DNA from: Callorhinchus milii
Taxonomy: Eukaryota
Length of the DNA stretch: 64,000 bases
Assembly: GCF_018977255.1 (NCBI RefSeq)
Contig: NW_024704761.1
Span: 1,984,001-2,048,000, forward strand
Reading direction: 5' to 3'
Numbering within the stretch: the stretch's first letter is position 1; each line of letters begins with the position of its first letter. The notes under the pieces are model-generated. The model worked only from the letters and a program-made list of their open reading frames with translations. It ran no database searches and had not been told where the DNA came from. Shown one piece after another: positions 10,543 to 25,800 of the stretch. A program made the position numbers and the translations under genes.

Positions 10543-13500
10543 CAGATTAAAGCTTCCAAAGGTTGAATGTTTATCCAAACACGGGAGATGTGTGGTTGGT
10601 ATCAGAGTTGAAAGTGCTGCAACTAAAGAGACTTGCTCCAAGGTAGACAGGCTAATCTTCCTGTAGCGAGTCCTATAGAGTAGTAGTTAGCTTGCTCGCC
10701 TCAAAATATATTCTATAATAATAATAATCCTTGCATTTGATATAGCGCCTTAGCACGTCTTTGAGGCACTTACTATTATTACTACTTATTATTCTGTGAG
10801 GCACTTTGAGATGTCTCAACAATGTGATAGGCACTATGTCAAATGCAACTATTAGTATTATTATCTGTTCTAAATATGCTGTGGGGTGTGTAAAATCCAT
10901 GGTCTTCTCTCGTTATTATTTGCAATAATTGCGAACTTTTTGTGAGTATTATAAGGGCGGAAGATTAACCAATTATTAGTGAGCTGGTTGAGTTTCCACG
11001 AAGACTGACCCATTGTTCAGTATTATGATTCATTGTTTCCCTAATAAATGCTCAGAAGGTTTGTTCACCTGCACAGGTCCAACATCAGTTATATGATACT
11101 TTAGCAGCATTTACCATTAAAGGGACAGAAACCTACCTGAGAGGTTCAGAGACCACAGTTTTTGCCAGCGAGTATTTTGGTGACCAGCAGACCCTTGCTT
11201 CCTGACCGTATCTGTGCGCGTCAGCCCTGGCTTGGCACGTATCACCTCTTTGTTGAAACTGGGACCATCACGAAACAGTCACTGAATCGTTATCCTAGAC
11301 TTTGGAGTGGCTTTGTCTTTGCAGTCGGTGTAAATGAGGCAAGTGTACCGGAACCTGCCAGACAGGCTATTACAGAACCACTTCTGTTTGTGTAACCTAG
11401 ATGTGGCATTAGATTTGAATGCTGACTCTTGTTTTAAAATTTGAGGTTTTGTCACTGAAAGCTGCTGTTAATACCGTAGGATTTCCCCTTCTGAAATACC
11501 TGTCAGTAAGGAGTAAGTTGTGCACTTTATTGGCCATATATCGATTGATTACCTAGGATGCCAGTAGCTAACCCAGTTAGTGAGACGTTTGCAACTGTAT
11601 TTACTTTATTTACTTTGTTATCTTTGTGACTTTCACAACTGGTTCTGATGAAGGGTCACGGAACGGAAACGTTGACCTGTCTGCTTGGTGTTGGTTTAGG
11701 TGTAGTGTAGACCAGATTAGCTGCGCTGATTTGCCTCACTGTAAGCTGATTAACGGTTAGCTTTGACTGAGTGATTGTTCATGATTGGATTTCTCTTAAT
11801 AGAATTACATCATTGTCTAACACCTGAACATTGCGGTGTATTCTCTACTCGGCGGATTGCAATTCTGTACAAGCTCTTTCATGCCATGTCTCTTTTCTAC
11901 CCCCCACCTTACCCCACTGTTTCAGTGCACACTGCAATTTACCACTTATCCCTTCCAGTGTATTGCTTACCCTTTGGAAGAATAGCCATTGTTTTACAAC
12001 AAGGTCTGCGGCAGGAATTGCCATTGCCTTTATGCAGGCATTTATTTCTTTGCAGAACAGGGGCTGAGGTCTGCTCGTGACTGTGGCTGTTGGATTCTTG
12101 TTAAGGGTTACATTTTACCATCTGTTTGCTTTCCCTGAAGAATTGTTAATATGTAAATAAACTTCTACAGAAAAATGCCTTGAGCACAACGATGGATACC
12201 TGGGTGTGAGTTAAGCACTGTTGCAATTAACGGTTTTGAGTGTTTTGTGCAATGAATGACGGACGGATAAATGGGAATGACAGAGCTGACACATTTCTGA
12301 TCCCTTCATTACTACCTAGTAATTTTCCACATTAAAAAATCTGGAGCCTTTTTATGTTGGGCCATTTTTTGGCTGACTGCTGATGTGATAACCTGAGGAA
12401 AAGAGGGATCACAATACAAATCGAGCAGTGACTCAGAAATGTCACCTCTTTGTGTCTGTTGGATTGGAAATGAGCACCACACAAAGACTTGGCTCCTATG
12501 TTTTTAACCCGTCCTCTGACAAGTCGATCTCTCTATCGCAGTGTAGTGGTACTCAAATTAAACTTATAATAGTGAAGCTTGCACCGATGTGGCCATGGTG
12601 TTTGTGGTTTAGTTCTCCTGGAGTCTTTGTTTTGTATACTTGAGTCCGTTGCCTGTAGATGGGTACACCATGATGGGTAATCATGGTGTCAAACAACTGT
12701 TCCTGTTTATTCGTTGGTGTGTAATATGTCCTCCTCGTCATCTAATATCCTCATTACACTGCTATCGGTGTAATGTACACTTTAATTGCGGTGTATCAAA
12801 ATGATACTCGTTATCTCACGCCATCAACCTGGCTGAGCTGGTAGCGCTCTTGCCGCTCAGTCAGAAGGTTGTGGGTTTAAGTTGAGACTTGGTCCGTGGT
12901 AGTGTGTGTTTAGTTTTTTTTTCTTGATCGGTTTATGACATCAGTGAAGAAAATTTATCTGTTGGCCAACGATAATGGTTGGTCACCAATGGTCTAGGCT
13001 GACACACCAATGTTGGTGGAGTTGCTATCTTTAGGATGAGATTTTAAACCGGGTTCTAGTCTGCCTGTTCAGCTGGAAGTTAACGATCCCACAGTACTAT
13101 TCGAATAGAGAAGGGAGTTTCTCTGTTATCCTGGCTAGTAATTCCCCATGCAACATTGGTCATTCACTTAACGGCTGTATGCAAATTGGCTGTGGCACTT
13201 GCCTGCAAATACACAGTCCCTACACTTCAGTAAAATCCTGTGCCGTATAAAGACTGCAGGTTATTCGCTCTATCTAAATAACCCCTTTTTGAATCTGCCA
13301 CAAGATTCCTTCAGTATATCTATTGCTAAGTCGTATAACCCTCCAATCTATTTTGCTGACAAGAACTTGTCTAGTTTCATTTTCAAACGTTGTGGTTTCT
13401 TGCGTTGGTATAGTTTGTTGGAATGCCTATCACCCTTTTTTAATTAAAATAGTTTTGGTTTTGTTCACATACTAACATTCTTATACCAGGGGTCACCGGG

Positions 13501-16500
13501 TGATCTTATAACCCATCCCGCAGAGCTCCTTGTATGTCCCTTAGCTCACCCTTTCCCACAGAGCCCATGTTGTAACTGTAGGCAGCATAATAATTAGCAG
13601 TTGAAATTTCTACATTTGCTAATGATTATAGCATCTGCTATACCCCCTTGCTGTTGACATCTTTCCTAAAGCTACAGATTCTGGCTTTGGATCAAAATAG
13701 CATTTTCTCTCGCGGATTCTGATAATTACAATCTGACACTGGGTTCTTGCTCCCAGTCTTGAAGCCGAGAGCGGCAATTTGTTGATGGAGGAAATCTGTG
13801 GTTAAGATCGGGTATATCTGATCTGCCGGCTCGTAGGAGATGAAAGCAGCTTTTCAAATCTTGCAAACGGCCGCTCTTGATGTGACAGAGAATCGGTCCT
13901 CCTGCTTTTGTGTAGTTATTCTGGAAAGATATAAGAAAGTGTAAGAAAAGGTATCGTCCTGGTTCAGTTGGTAACAACAACAACTTGGATTTATATAGCG
14001 CCCTCCGCACCATACGGCGTCTCAGGTAGCACTCATGTCCTGCCGACATGCAAGCATAATGATTTTTTTTTAAAGTAGCCGTTTCAAGAATGCAGTTTCT
14101 GCCAGTGACTCATGTCCCTCAAAGTAATGTTAGTTTACCTCCATCTCACAGGCTTGTAAAGACAATCCCTACCTCCCCGAGTTACAGAAGTGCAGTGGCA
14201 AAAATTGGAATGATTTGAATGATCCATAGCTTGTTGGGTTAGCAGGAATGAAACGACCCTTCTAGATTACGGCAAAATGTAGTGGGCTTAATACTTCCAC
14301 ATTATGTCCACTTGAATTGCAGATGGAGAAAAACAGAAATACAATTATTGGTATTTGCTCTTTCAAACTCATTGTGTCTGGAATGAGTATTTTTAGCCCT
14401 GTAATTTTTGGGTGCCTTTTTTTTGGAACTAACGCTACGATTAAGTGCTGCCAATTGCATGTCCAGACCCAGTCGTGTGGGAGCAATTTGAGGTGATGAA
14501 TTTCACAAGATGTGTATTTTCATGTGCCCAGTGCTCACGTTGGCTTGTTACAGTATTGTCTCAATGCTTTCCGTCGGACAAAACACAAATACAAACGGTA
14601 TTGATTGCGATCTGTGGGTAAATTTAACGTGCTGACGTGCCAGTCTTGGAGCTCTGCGGATATATATCTGGTGCGTGCACTGTGCTGAATGATAATGAGG
14701 TTATTTGAAGGATTTGTGATTTAAGCAAACAAATGGTAGAAAAGCACGCGAACGATTGTGGTTGTACTGTATCACTCTCTGAGTTATGCCCCAAGCTGCG
14801 TTCTCATTGAGAAGAGAGTAAGTTATTGTTTCTGTGGTGTCAGAAGAGCCAGTAACCTGGGAAGCCGTGCTGTTGTGATGCTGCTATTTGATGGTGCTTG
14901 TCGAGGCTGTTCTGTAAAGGGAGCTCTACATTTGCTGTAAACTCACCAATAACTTCAGTTGGGAGAGCGTCGGTTTCTCAATGCATAATGACGATCTTTA
15001 GGAGCACACAGTGTTTCTTGTTGGACCTGATTTTTAGATTGCAGTTCAGACCTAGGTCAACCTGGACTGTTAAACCCAAGCGTAAACCTTTTATCCGACC
15101 ATTGAGATCCGGTTTAAACAGAGTGCTGATATCATTGCAGTCACAAAGCAAATGCTGAAACGCACTTTCTGGCCTTTAGATACCAACTCGGAAAAGTGAC
15201 ACACGCACAGCCTGAGAAATGTTCATCTGAATCAACTGGGTCTGCCCTGGGTATGATTGTGTGCTCATTGTGTTGTGCAGGGACCCATTGATGTCCTGCC
15301 AACTGAGCCCCAGTTTTGACTGTATATTCTCTTGCTGAACATGGTATTTGATTTACACAGATTCATTAGCAGTTGTGGTGCCCATAATCAGTATAACATT
15401 CTGCATCATACGTATTTGAGCCAGCCAGTGGTTCATGTTTTCCTTAAATTGCCCTTTTACAGCTCAAAAGAAATGTTAAATAATAATAATGGCATGGATG
15501 CACTGTGGTTGGTATAGAACATCGTGAAGAAATTGAGCCAGCAGAAGGATTAACTGCTTATAATTTCTATTCAATGCTCTATTAGTTCACTTGTCCTAAT
15601 GACAGTTCAGTTGTAACTATTGTGAACTTCACTCTTCCCTCTCCTGCACCTTATCTTTGTCTAGAAGAGATGATTAACCATGGAATTTGCTGGTCGGGCA
15701 GTGCCCTATGTTTCTCAGTTCCACAACTTGGGTTGCAAAAAAAAATGTCTGTACGTTTTACAACTAATAGCTGGTACTGTGGTTCCACCCTCCTCCAGAT
15801 GATTATCACTGTCTTGAGGTTCATATGATTTACTGTAAAGCGTTGTGACTGTATTTTGTAGATGAATGCAGCTGTGGATTTGAGCACAGCAATGTCCCAC
15901 AAAGAGCGATGAAGTAAATGACCAATTTTATCAGAAGGATTGATTGTTTTGGCCTATACAGGTAATAGAGATCAGAGAATTTACTCCTTTTCACCCACCA
16001 GCCAGGTAACGTGGTTGCCGAGAGAGGACATTTTCAAAATCGCCTGTGGTACCCCAAAACTTTCCAACACGGTATATCTGGGTTTGCACACAGCGGTGAA
16101 TGACTAGAGGGCTGCTGGTGCCTGAGTAACACAGCACGAGTCCCTGTCCCTTGACTGTTCTTTTTCTCCGGCAGTCATCAAATTGAGTAAGTGGTCTATT
16201 GGCAGAGCAACAGGTCCTGCTCCTGGCGTCCAAAAAGTGTCTGGAAACGACTTTCTGTACTTGTAGAACTGATCAGAAAGAATTGTTGACAATATATGGT
16301 TTCAAATGTGTTGGGACAGGATAACCATTCCAAGCTGGTTGTCCTGCCAAAGTCCTGAAGTTTATTGGTTGAGTTGGAGCCTGAATGGAATTCCCCAGTG
16401 GTGTTCTGCTGTTTTGTTTAAAAAAAAACTTTGGTACGAAAAGAACTGTTGTTCATCAGGCCCATTTAATTGTGTCTGATGCTGTCCCCAACAGTCCTCT

Positions 16501-19500
16501 CTTGTGAGGAATTAGTATTTCCTATCCTTGTTTTTCACACTGCTGTCACAGCAGAGAGTGTCACAAGCTCGGAAATTGTCCCTCGTCACCTGCGGTACTA
16601 TTTTTTTCTCTCTCCACGATATATTCTTAGATGTTACACATTGCTTTAGTATTTGCATTTTTTGCAGGAATGTGTGTCCAGATTTTTTGATCTGCCTGAT
16701 ATCCAGCAGCTTGGATAGAGCGAATGGCTCAATTGCAAATAGGAGTTTGTAACTGTGATAGCTCAGTGATTTGACAGATCTCCCAGCGGATTAATTGCAT
16801 CAAACTAATCCATCTTTGGTCTTTGGACTAGTCTTAATATTAAATTCTTCTTTAAATTCTTAAATGTTATGCATTGTGAAGAAGTGGATAAAGCAAAATA
16901 TTTGCATTAATAAATTGCTTTCTTCGTTGAATGACCTGATCGATGGAAAAATAACTCCTTCGAGCTTTCTGCCATGCTACCTTTCGGTTCCCCTATGAAT
17001 ATGTAGCTTGTCATTTTAGCATTTCACGCGCTTCACTGTAAGTAGCAGCATTGTTGGCTGAAGCTTTAGTATTATGATTCCACCACCTAGTTGCCAATTA
17101 CGTATCTTGCACAAAGTAGGTTCAAGTGAAGCAGCACTTCAGCTGTCAATTTATATATGTGCCATGTATTCTGGACAGCATACATTACTTACAAATTGCA
17201 GTGGCGTTGCTGAGTGGAGAGTTTGGGTGAGAATAATTCACTGATGAATAATTTTAAACTTTTTAAAAAAAAAATTTGCTAACAAATGACATTTGTATAG
17301 AGCCTTTCACTTTGGGAGGATGTGCCAAGGATGTAGGGAGGAGCAAGGCCGTGGAACTTATCCTCTGGAGTATGGGGAGCCAGTGGAGCAGGGCAAGGAT
17401 GGGGTCAATCCAAACCTGCTGCTGTGACATCCAACCCTGCCACTTTGACCTCAAAACAAGCTGCTTATATCACTTTAAGTCAGTTTTTGCCCACAAAATA
17501 TACAGACAATTCACTTTACCGTATATTCTGTGAACCGCTTTGAGACGATTCAAAGACGTGATCAGGTGTTACTGTCAAATACAAGGATTACTGATATTAT
17601 TATAAAGTGGTATCTTCAACTGAATTGTTTGCGGAAGGTATGTGCCTGTTTCAGTTGGTCGCCCTTTCACCTCTGAGTCAGCAGGTTGTGGGTTTGTCGG
17701 CACTTTGAACCCAATCTCGGTTGACAGACCAGGGCCGGGCCGGGGAAGTAACAGGGGTGTCGCCCTTTGGATGGAATCTGCCTGTTCAGGTGATCGATGC
17801 AGATCTTGTGGCACTGACGTGAGAGGCACTATATTCAAATGCAAAGATTATTATTTTACATACAATGTGTGGAATGACTTTGAGGCAGCAGTTAGAAGCC
17901 TGTTGAAGATTGCATGTGGTATTTATCTTTCCTGGCTGTTCGTGCTACTCATTCCTTTTCAGTTTAAGAAGGTGCATAAGTTTAATCCTTGACAAACAGT
18001 GGAATTTAAATGGGGATTGTGGGAAAATGGCTGATGGCTACTATTCCACTCTGACTTATTCTGTGTGCTCTAGATGGTTAAGATTGAGGCCTTGCTAATT
18101 AATGAGACTGTACAGTGCTTTGGGAGCCACAGCTTGCAACGTTAGAGCAACAGGAAGCACTTAAACTCCCACCATTTTCCTCCTGGTTGAGGACCCTGGT
18201 ATGCACGTTGGGGAGGTAAGGAATTACAAGTCTATTTTTAGACCTTGAAATCTCGCATTCTAATCGTGTCTTCGATCTGGTTATGAAGATATATCCTTTT
18301 TGGGGAGTTTACATGGATTGAGGTTATTTTTGTAACTTGCAGTGGTGAAGATGAGATGTAAGTGCTGCAGTGTAAGAGCTTTGTTTCTTCTGTGGCACCA
18401 AACAGCAATAACTTGCATTTATATAGCACCCCTCACCAGGGTAGCGTCCCAGAGCGCTTAACACCCAGTGAGTGCTCCCAAACTAGCGTACAACACGCGT
18501 TAAATATTGCATTGCAATTCTTGCTGACGGGTCATTGCTTGGTGTAAAGCAGCCACACAGCTCAGACACTGGAATATGGGCTCACTCAATATGGGTGGGA
18601 CCAGCTTCTGCATTGAACTTCAGACACACGGGAGTTCCGGGTTGGAGAGAACCGGTGTGACTTTTGCCGCACGGCTTTGAAAGTGTTCGGTAACCATATG
18701 CAGTAACCCCCTCACGAAAAAGGCTGGGGTTCGTTTCACTTCGTAGAAACCGGCCATTTGGGATTGAACAGTATGCAGTCGCTTTAAACCGAAGCCTCCC
18801 CTTATTGAGGAAATTGTGCAGTTTGATAGTTTACTTAAGCCGTGCACGTGCCTGGGGCGGCCTGTTAACTATCGGGACTTTGCACTGTGCTTTGGGGAGG
18901 GACGTGGCGCTGCAGGTGGGATGACCTCATTGCTGGCTTGTTTTGTTCTTCAGCTGTGCTGCATGTAATTCCAGTTATTCCTGAGTCAACCGGAAAGCTC
19001 TCTCTCTCTCCCCCCCTGCGCTCCCCCCCCCCCCCCCCCACCCACCCACCCAAATAAATAGCTTTCTAGTTTTCGATGTAACATTGTTTAGGTAAATAAT
19101 TAAATCCTTGGATTCTACTGCTGTTCTTACTATCCTTCTCTGGCAGCTGCCCTCTTCCAAGTGCTTTGCTTTCACACTGGATCTTTGCATTTCTATCAAA
19201 GCCAGAATTCTAGGTTAATGGTGACCATTCGAGACTGCAGCAGCTATGTGAAGTCTTTTGCTGTGAGCTGTTCAGACCCTCCCACGTGAACCATTTATGT
19301 ACCTCTGGGCAGTTCACTCCATTTTTCTTATTTTGAAATGTGTTGAAGTGGTTCCTTAGGTTTAAACCTTCTCGGTGCCAATCTGGAAATTGTCTCCAGG
19401 GCAATTCTGCAAACCACGCTAGCAACCAAGGACTGTATATCCAAAATGAAAGCTAGCTACGAAGCGGTCAGAATACTGTGCCTCAGTAACTGCTGAGCTG

Positions 19501-19831
19501 GTTAACTTCACAGTGGAATCTTGTGTCTGCGGAGCATCTCTGTAAATGCTGAGCTGCTTAATTGTCAAGTCCTTCAGCCAGCACGCCAGCCAGCTGTGCG
19601 TGACATCACCTCTCCGCATCTCTGTAACGAGTACCATTACAAAGAGCATGTTGTGCTGCAGGGGGAGGTTTTTCTGCCGGAGTGGAGCATGTGCAGCTGC
19701 GAGTACCTGTCACCAGGCGAAATGGTACAGACCGCTCTGACTTTGCAAACTACCAATCAATAACTCTTTCCTGCAGGAACTGATCGATCGGTGCTTCTGC
19801 AGAAGCTGCCTCCCCGCACTGCACGGGAATA

Positions 19832-22800
19832 ATGAAAAGATTCAGACGACACGGGCACGAGGCGAACAGAGAGAAGATCAAGCAGGATCTGTTCCAGTTT
19901 AACAAGGTCGGTTGGTCTGTCTAGCTATATATGGCAGCGTAAATTCTCGTTACTGATCCACTGTACAGCTGTGTGTGTGTGTATACACAATGACTGCTAG
20001 TATAATTTCCAGCAAGGATTGTAGTTCCACCCGGGAAGTAGACTGTCGTACCATAGACGTTAGTCATGACCTGCACCATGAAGTCCCCTTCCTCTTGTTA
20101 ACCACAAGCTTGAATTTTCCATGTACTTTCCGTGCACGGAGTAGTTGTGCCAGAACTGAGGTCATTGAACATTTAGGTAATTACGTTAAAAGCCTTTAGT
20201 TTTAATCTCTGATTGTGAAGTCTAATCGCTTGCATCGTCCCAGAGCGCTTGATAGTGATGGAGCACGACACCAAGTCGGGGGGAGGTGATCGTTGGCACG
20301 CTGGAAGAGGAAGGTCTTCAGGCACAATCTGAAGATGAGTAAGGAAGGGGTAAAGCGGAGGGATAGAGTAAGAATGTTCCAGAGTTTCGGGGCGTAGAGG
20401 CTGAAAGCACAGCCACCGATGGTGGAACAGAGGGACGTGTAGGAGACCAGAGCCGGTAGAAAGAGCCTCATGAAACCAAGCTAGCTGTTGATTATTCACA
20501 TTTTCTTAGCATTGCAAAGAGAGAAGTTCTTGCTCCAATTCCCAAAGATGAGTCATGTCTCTGTGTGACATTCAGCTTTGGTAAGGGTGTATATTTATTT
20601 TAAACTGAATATCTATCTACGTGGATTAAAGTGCCTTCTTTCATGTGACTTTGCTGTTGTACTTGGGATGTTTGTCACAAGTTAAATCTTATAACACGCA
20701 GTGTAGGCTTTTACCAACTTACTAAATCTACAACTTTTTGTGTTTCTCTCTGATAGACTGTAGAACATGGGTTTCCGCACCAGCCTAGTGCTCTGGCTTA
20801 CAGTCCAACTCTCCACCTCATGGCCATCGGAAGCCGATCTGGGGCCTTCAAACTGTATCTTTTCTTATAAATCAAGAAATATTCAATCAAGAAACATTTT
20901 TTTGGTCAACTAAAGAGGTTGGCCAGCACTAATGTAGCACCTTTCACATCGGCAGGATGTCCCAAGGTGCTGAAAAGCATAGCTTGGACCTTGTTACATG
21001 TTTTCTCCTGAATTTTTATTTTTATGCAACATATTCAAAACTGCTACCTGCACCAAACTCCACGCACATCACCCCAGTTCCTCGTATCTCCCAGGCGATG
21101 GATTTCCTGGTACTTGCCTTCAGCAACAAATCCATCCCCTCCCTGGCACCGCCTTATCTCTCCGATCTACTCCTCCACTCAGCTAACTTGGGCTTGATAA
21201 GCAGCCAATAGTGGCCAAGTCTTGAATTCCTATACCCCTCACCTCTGGAGTTGCCTCCTTCTACCGCTCCATCTCGTCCCCTCTCTTTGTGTCTTTTAAG
21301 ATCCAACTGATGACCACCTGATCGAGAAGAGACAGATCTTTACATGTTTGTGAAGGTGAAGACAATAGAGCAGTTTGTGAGAGGGGTGTTAGCAGGGGTG
21401 GAGGCTTGTGTTGAGTATAAACACTGACTGACTAGGGCCAAATCGCCTATTCCTGTTCGCTAACTACCTGTATATTTTTATTCACCTCTAGAGGCTATTC
21501 ATCCTCTTTAAGTAAAACATTTTTTGTGTGCTTACATGACTAACTTTTATAGCTGTTTTCATGTAAAGGAACACAGTTGATCGTCTCTAAAAGCTATGTA
21601 GCTATCTACACTGAGTAGGGAGATAACAATTTACAATTGTTGACCAAGACGTGGGTGAATATTTTTCGAAGACGTTAAGGCAAAGGAGAGGTAGTTTTGC
21701 AAGAGAGTTTGGGAGGAGAGGGGCGTGCTGCCTGTCCGGCTGTGTAAGCATTGAATACTTTTTGCGGGGTTTATTGAACATTATATAGTTGCACCTGAGA
21801 GTAGTTGAGTATGCCACACCAGGTGTGGTTGAATGGGCAAACCCCGCAGGGCTGCAAATACCTATAAATTTCCACGTGGAAATGATGCTCATCCTTACAT
21901 TTGGTATGCAGTGCCTTTCAACAACAACTTGCATTTGCACGTCGGCAGTACATCTCAAAGTGCCTCACAGGATATACTGTATAGTGCAGTGACTGTTTTA
22001 TTGTAGGTGAAACGCAGCAGATAATTTGCACACAACAGTGTGCCACAAACAGCCATGAAATGAAAATAACAGATGTGTTTTCTGATCTGTGAATCCTAAT
22101 GTTTAAAGAGAACATGCTTTGGTTTTTGCTTCCAATTTTTTTTTATCTGTTTACACAGCATGGGTTTTTATATACAGCTGGTTGCAGCAGCCTAGAGCAG
22201 TTGCCTGCCTGTTGTACTAAGACACATTTGCACAGCGCTCTCTCTCTCTTTCCCCATATTGAAATCTAGAAACCTAGCTTGTCACATACTGTGGGTGTAT
22301 CCTTGGGGGCCACCAGTGGTAAAGAATGCTGGAAGATGGTTCAAAGTACTGACCAAGGTGGATTAGACAAAGATAATTTAAAAGCATTGGGGGATTTTTT
22401 TTGCTAAAGCCTTTGAGATACCAAAGGATTACTAAAATGTACAGTAGCAGAAGTGGCCCTACGCACGGCTGACTTTCAGGTCTGATTGATCGAGGAGCCT
22501 CGGCGCATGATAAGCTCGTTTTCCATGCTTGAATCAGCAGGAAAAAAATAGCCGGGCTTTAATACCACTTATTATTCTGGCCAGTGTTGCTGTAGATCAC
22601 CTCAGTGAGCATCGTATAGTTAGGGACTTTCTTTTAAAAAAAATTGTTTCTCCATCCAACTGAGATAAGAAATCAAAATAAACTTCCACCTTGTACCCCT
22701 CCAAACTATCCCAGTAGTCAGCTTGGTGTGTTGTCCACATCCAGAGTACTGTTGGAAACATTGGACTTCTTTATGTTGCAAACCTTCAAAGAATATATAT

Positions 22801-25800
22801 TTTTTAAAAACTCGATTTCTAGATCCTACCGTTCGTTGTGTGATGTAATTCATCACCACAGCTGAGTAGCCAAGACAGCGCTGAGTGCCTGAATGCTGTG
22901 AAAGTGTCCAAATTTGGCTTTCTGCCGCCTTTTTCAAAGGCTTTTAAAAAATCTTGTAAAGGTGTTAATTTTCCTGCGCTTCTGATGGACTGTTAAAAGC
23001 AGTCCATTAATCACAGTGATAGCTGGTAACTGACACTATTTTATAATCAAAGCATTTTAGCTGCTGCACTGTAACTGAGGAAATCGATCTGAGAAATTGT
23101 AATGTCCTTTTAGACGTTTGTAAAGTTAGGGAATCTATTTAGATATCGCCAATATTGAACATTCTTAGCTTGGGGCAACTTTTTTTTATTCTTTAGCAAT
23201 ATAGTAGCGTGTTTACTCAGTGTACGCGCTGAGCTAATGGAAAACTCGCTGGAGCAGTGTTCAAGCTGTGGAAGTTGGTTAAAGCGTATGTTACACTGAG
23301 CAATGCCAAGGCAGCAGGGAACAGATCATAGGTGCAGGCTTGTGTGATACACAGTTTTAGCGTGGACACCAATCTGATTAGCAGATGGACTGGGTTACTG
23401 GGAAGACTGCTTGAGATCAGGAGATTGGATTCATTTTAAGAAACCGCCCCGATACTATAATGGGAAGGTGATGGTGGTCTGTATTCTGTGGAGATGAGGA
23501 TATAAATTATATTTGTGCTTAATGTTTTGCCCCTTAACATCTGACTTTTCAAAAAAAAAAGTTATGGGGCGCCAGAAGTGGAGATCATGGGATTACATGA
23601 AGAGAATGCAGCGGTTACCCAGATACACTTTCTGCCAGAACAGGTAATTTTTATTTTCTTCCCTTTGTATGTGTTATGCAGGTATGTAAATGAAAACAGG
23701 CCCCACCTCGGTGTGTCATTTATAGCCATTCGTATTGAGACATGATTTCCCCTTGTGACCCACAAGCTTGGTCTCACTGAGGACTAGTCGGAAGCAGATG
23801 ATCTCCTCCACAGTCACTTGGATGTGATGTAACAAGTAATGTAATGTGTCTCTGCCACAGGGTCACCTGGTGACACTCTTAGATGACAACAGTCTGCATT
23901 TATGGACTCTGAAGAAAACCCAAGATGGATTGACTGTGCTGAAGGAGGAGTCGCGCTTTCTCCTACGAGGGCAGCCAGGGTAAGCCATTGGTTGAGTTTA
24001 ACCAAGTCTTGATTCACTTTAGATTGGCCAATTTAACTAAAGTGATAGGTGTCCCCAGTAGATCTTCCCTCCCCCCACCCCCCACCCCAATCCCCATTCG
24101 ACATGTTACTCATTCTTCTAGTTAAGGTTACTTTGCCCTTGTTTGGATTACTTCTATTTTGTAAGGAGTATGAATTGTGTGTTTCAGCTGACTTCAGTTT
24201 CTGTTGGGGGATTCAGATCTTCTGTTGATGTGAGGGGGAGGGTTTATGTCAGCACAATGAGTCCTTGATTGAATCGCTGACCCATTATTCATAGTACTAA
24301 AGGATATCTTTGGAACCCAGTGGGGTTAAGTAGGTGAACATAGAATGCTTTGAGCAGAAGCGTTACTGTAATTGGGGGAGGAGAGAGGAGCTGATAGTTT
24401 AAAGAAAAAAAACATCACTGCTGGGTTTCATTCCCCATTGAAACATTTCCATTAGTGGGGATGAACTGCATCTAAGTCAACCTGTAAATAGACCTAGTGT
24501 ATGTGGTGGGGCGTGCTATTGATATAAGCTAGGCAAACATTAAAGGATTGCTGATTATAAAATGACTTTATCTTAGTGTTTCTACATTAGAAATGTAGCC
24601 TCAATCATTCAAAACTGCAATACAGTATTTAAAACATCATTTCTGCTTATTGTTTCTAATGGATCTGGAGTTCTGAGGTACAGCACAAGCTGAGCTAAGG
24701 TGCAGTGTTTAATCATACAAACCTGATGTAATTTCACCTGCTGACATCTGGGACTTTTGTACAACATGGGAAGGTGTTTTCACAATGAGCCTGTCTGTAC
24801 AATGAGGAGCAGTTTCTAGATGTGTTGGATGTTGTGAATGTATTGAATTAATGGCTTAGAACTCTGAGCCTCCTGATGTCTGCACAGCAGAGACTTTGCA
24901 GTGTGCTGGCACTACACCAGTGCTTCATTTCAGAGGCCCAGAAATGTTGTTGGAAGAATTAGTTTTGTGTCAAGCTGTATGACATGACCTTTTTAATTAA
25001 GAGGCGAGCGTGACACTAGAGTATCGTTACTGTGCGCTAGTTTTGAGGTTTGAAATTATCACTATGGTGAATCAGCAGTTTGACACAGCTACATGTCTTG
25101 TCTCTGACGTCCTGTTTCCTGTTTGCAGTGCTCCACCCAGCGTCACTACAGTCACTGTTGTCCTGCCACACTCGTCGGGCGAGGTGCTATATCTGGGGAC
25201 AGAAGGCGGCTGCGTATGTGTGGTGGAGCAGCCAACTTTCAAAGAGCAGCACGAGAAAACCATCAGCCAGGAAGAAGTCTTACACAAGTAAGCTTTTATT
25301 GTATTTTATGTTACTGACGTTTATACAGATTAACATGCGATATGAATGGTAACAACTATAACATTGATGTCATTAGTGCTCCTCTGTTTATTTTTTTAAA
25401 AAGTAGCTTTAATTACTGTTGGGGTGGGCTGCCAACTAGTCTGTGAATAAAATCCCTTCTCAATTCAGTATCCTGATGATCCCTGATCAATGCGCGTTGG
25501 CTGATCTCATCTTGGGCAACAATGGCTGTGATGCTAATAAATAATAATCCTTGCATTTGATATAGTGCCTTATCAGGTCGTTGAGACGTCTCAAAGCGCT
25601 TCACAGGTGATTGTAAAGTGGAGTGACTGTGTATATTTTATAGACAAAATGTTGTTGGCCTTTGGGGCTGGGTTATGAAGGTTGGGGAGGATCCCACTCC
25701 CAATCACTGACAGGATTCCAGTTACAGTATTGCAGTAAATGAGGGAGGGAGTGAGCAGGACCTTACATTGCAATCTCTACTCAGAGTGCCTGAAGAGTAT

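Noticed and set aside
7697-19832. GALR2 exon 1 to LLGL2 fusion protein by splicing 7697 to 19777
   Set aside because: The phase would match the LLGL2 ATG, but the junction reads AGG AAC TGA, an immediate stop.
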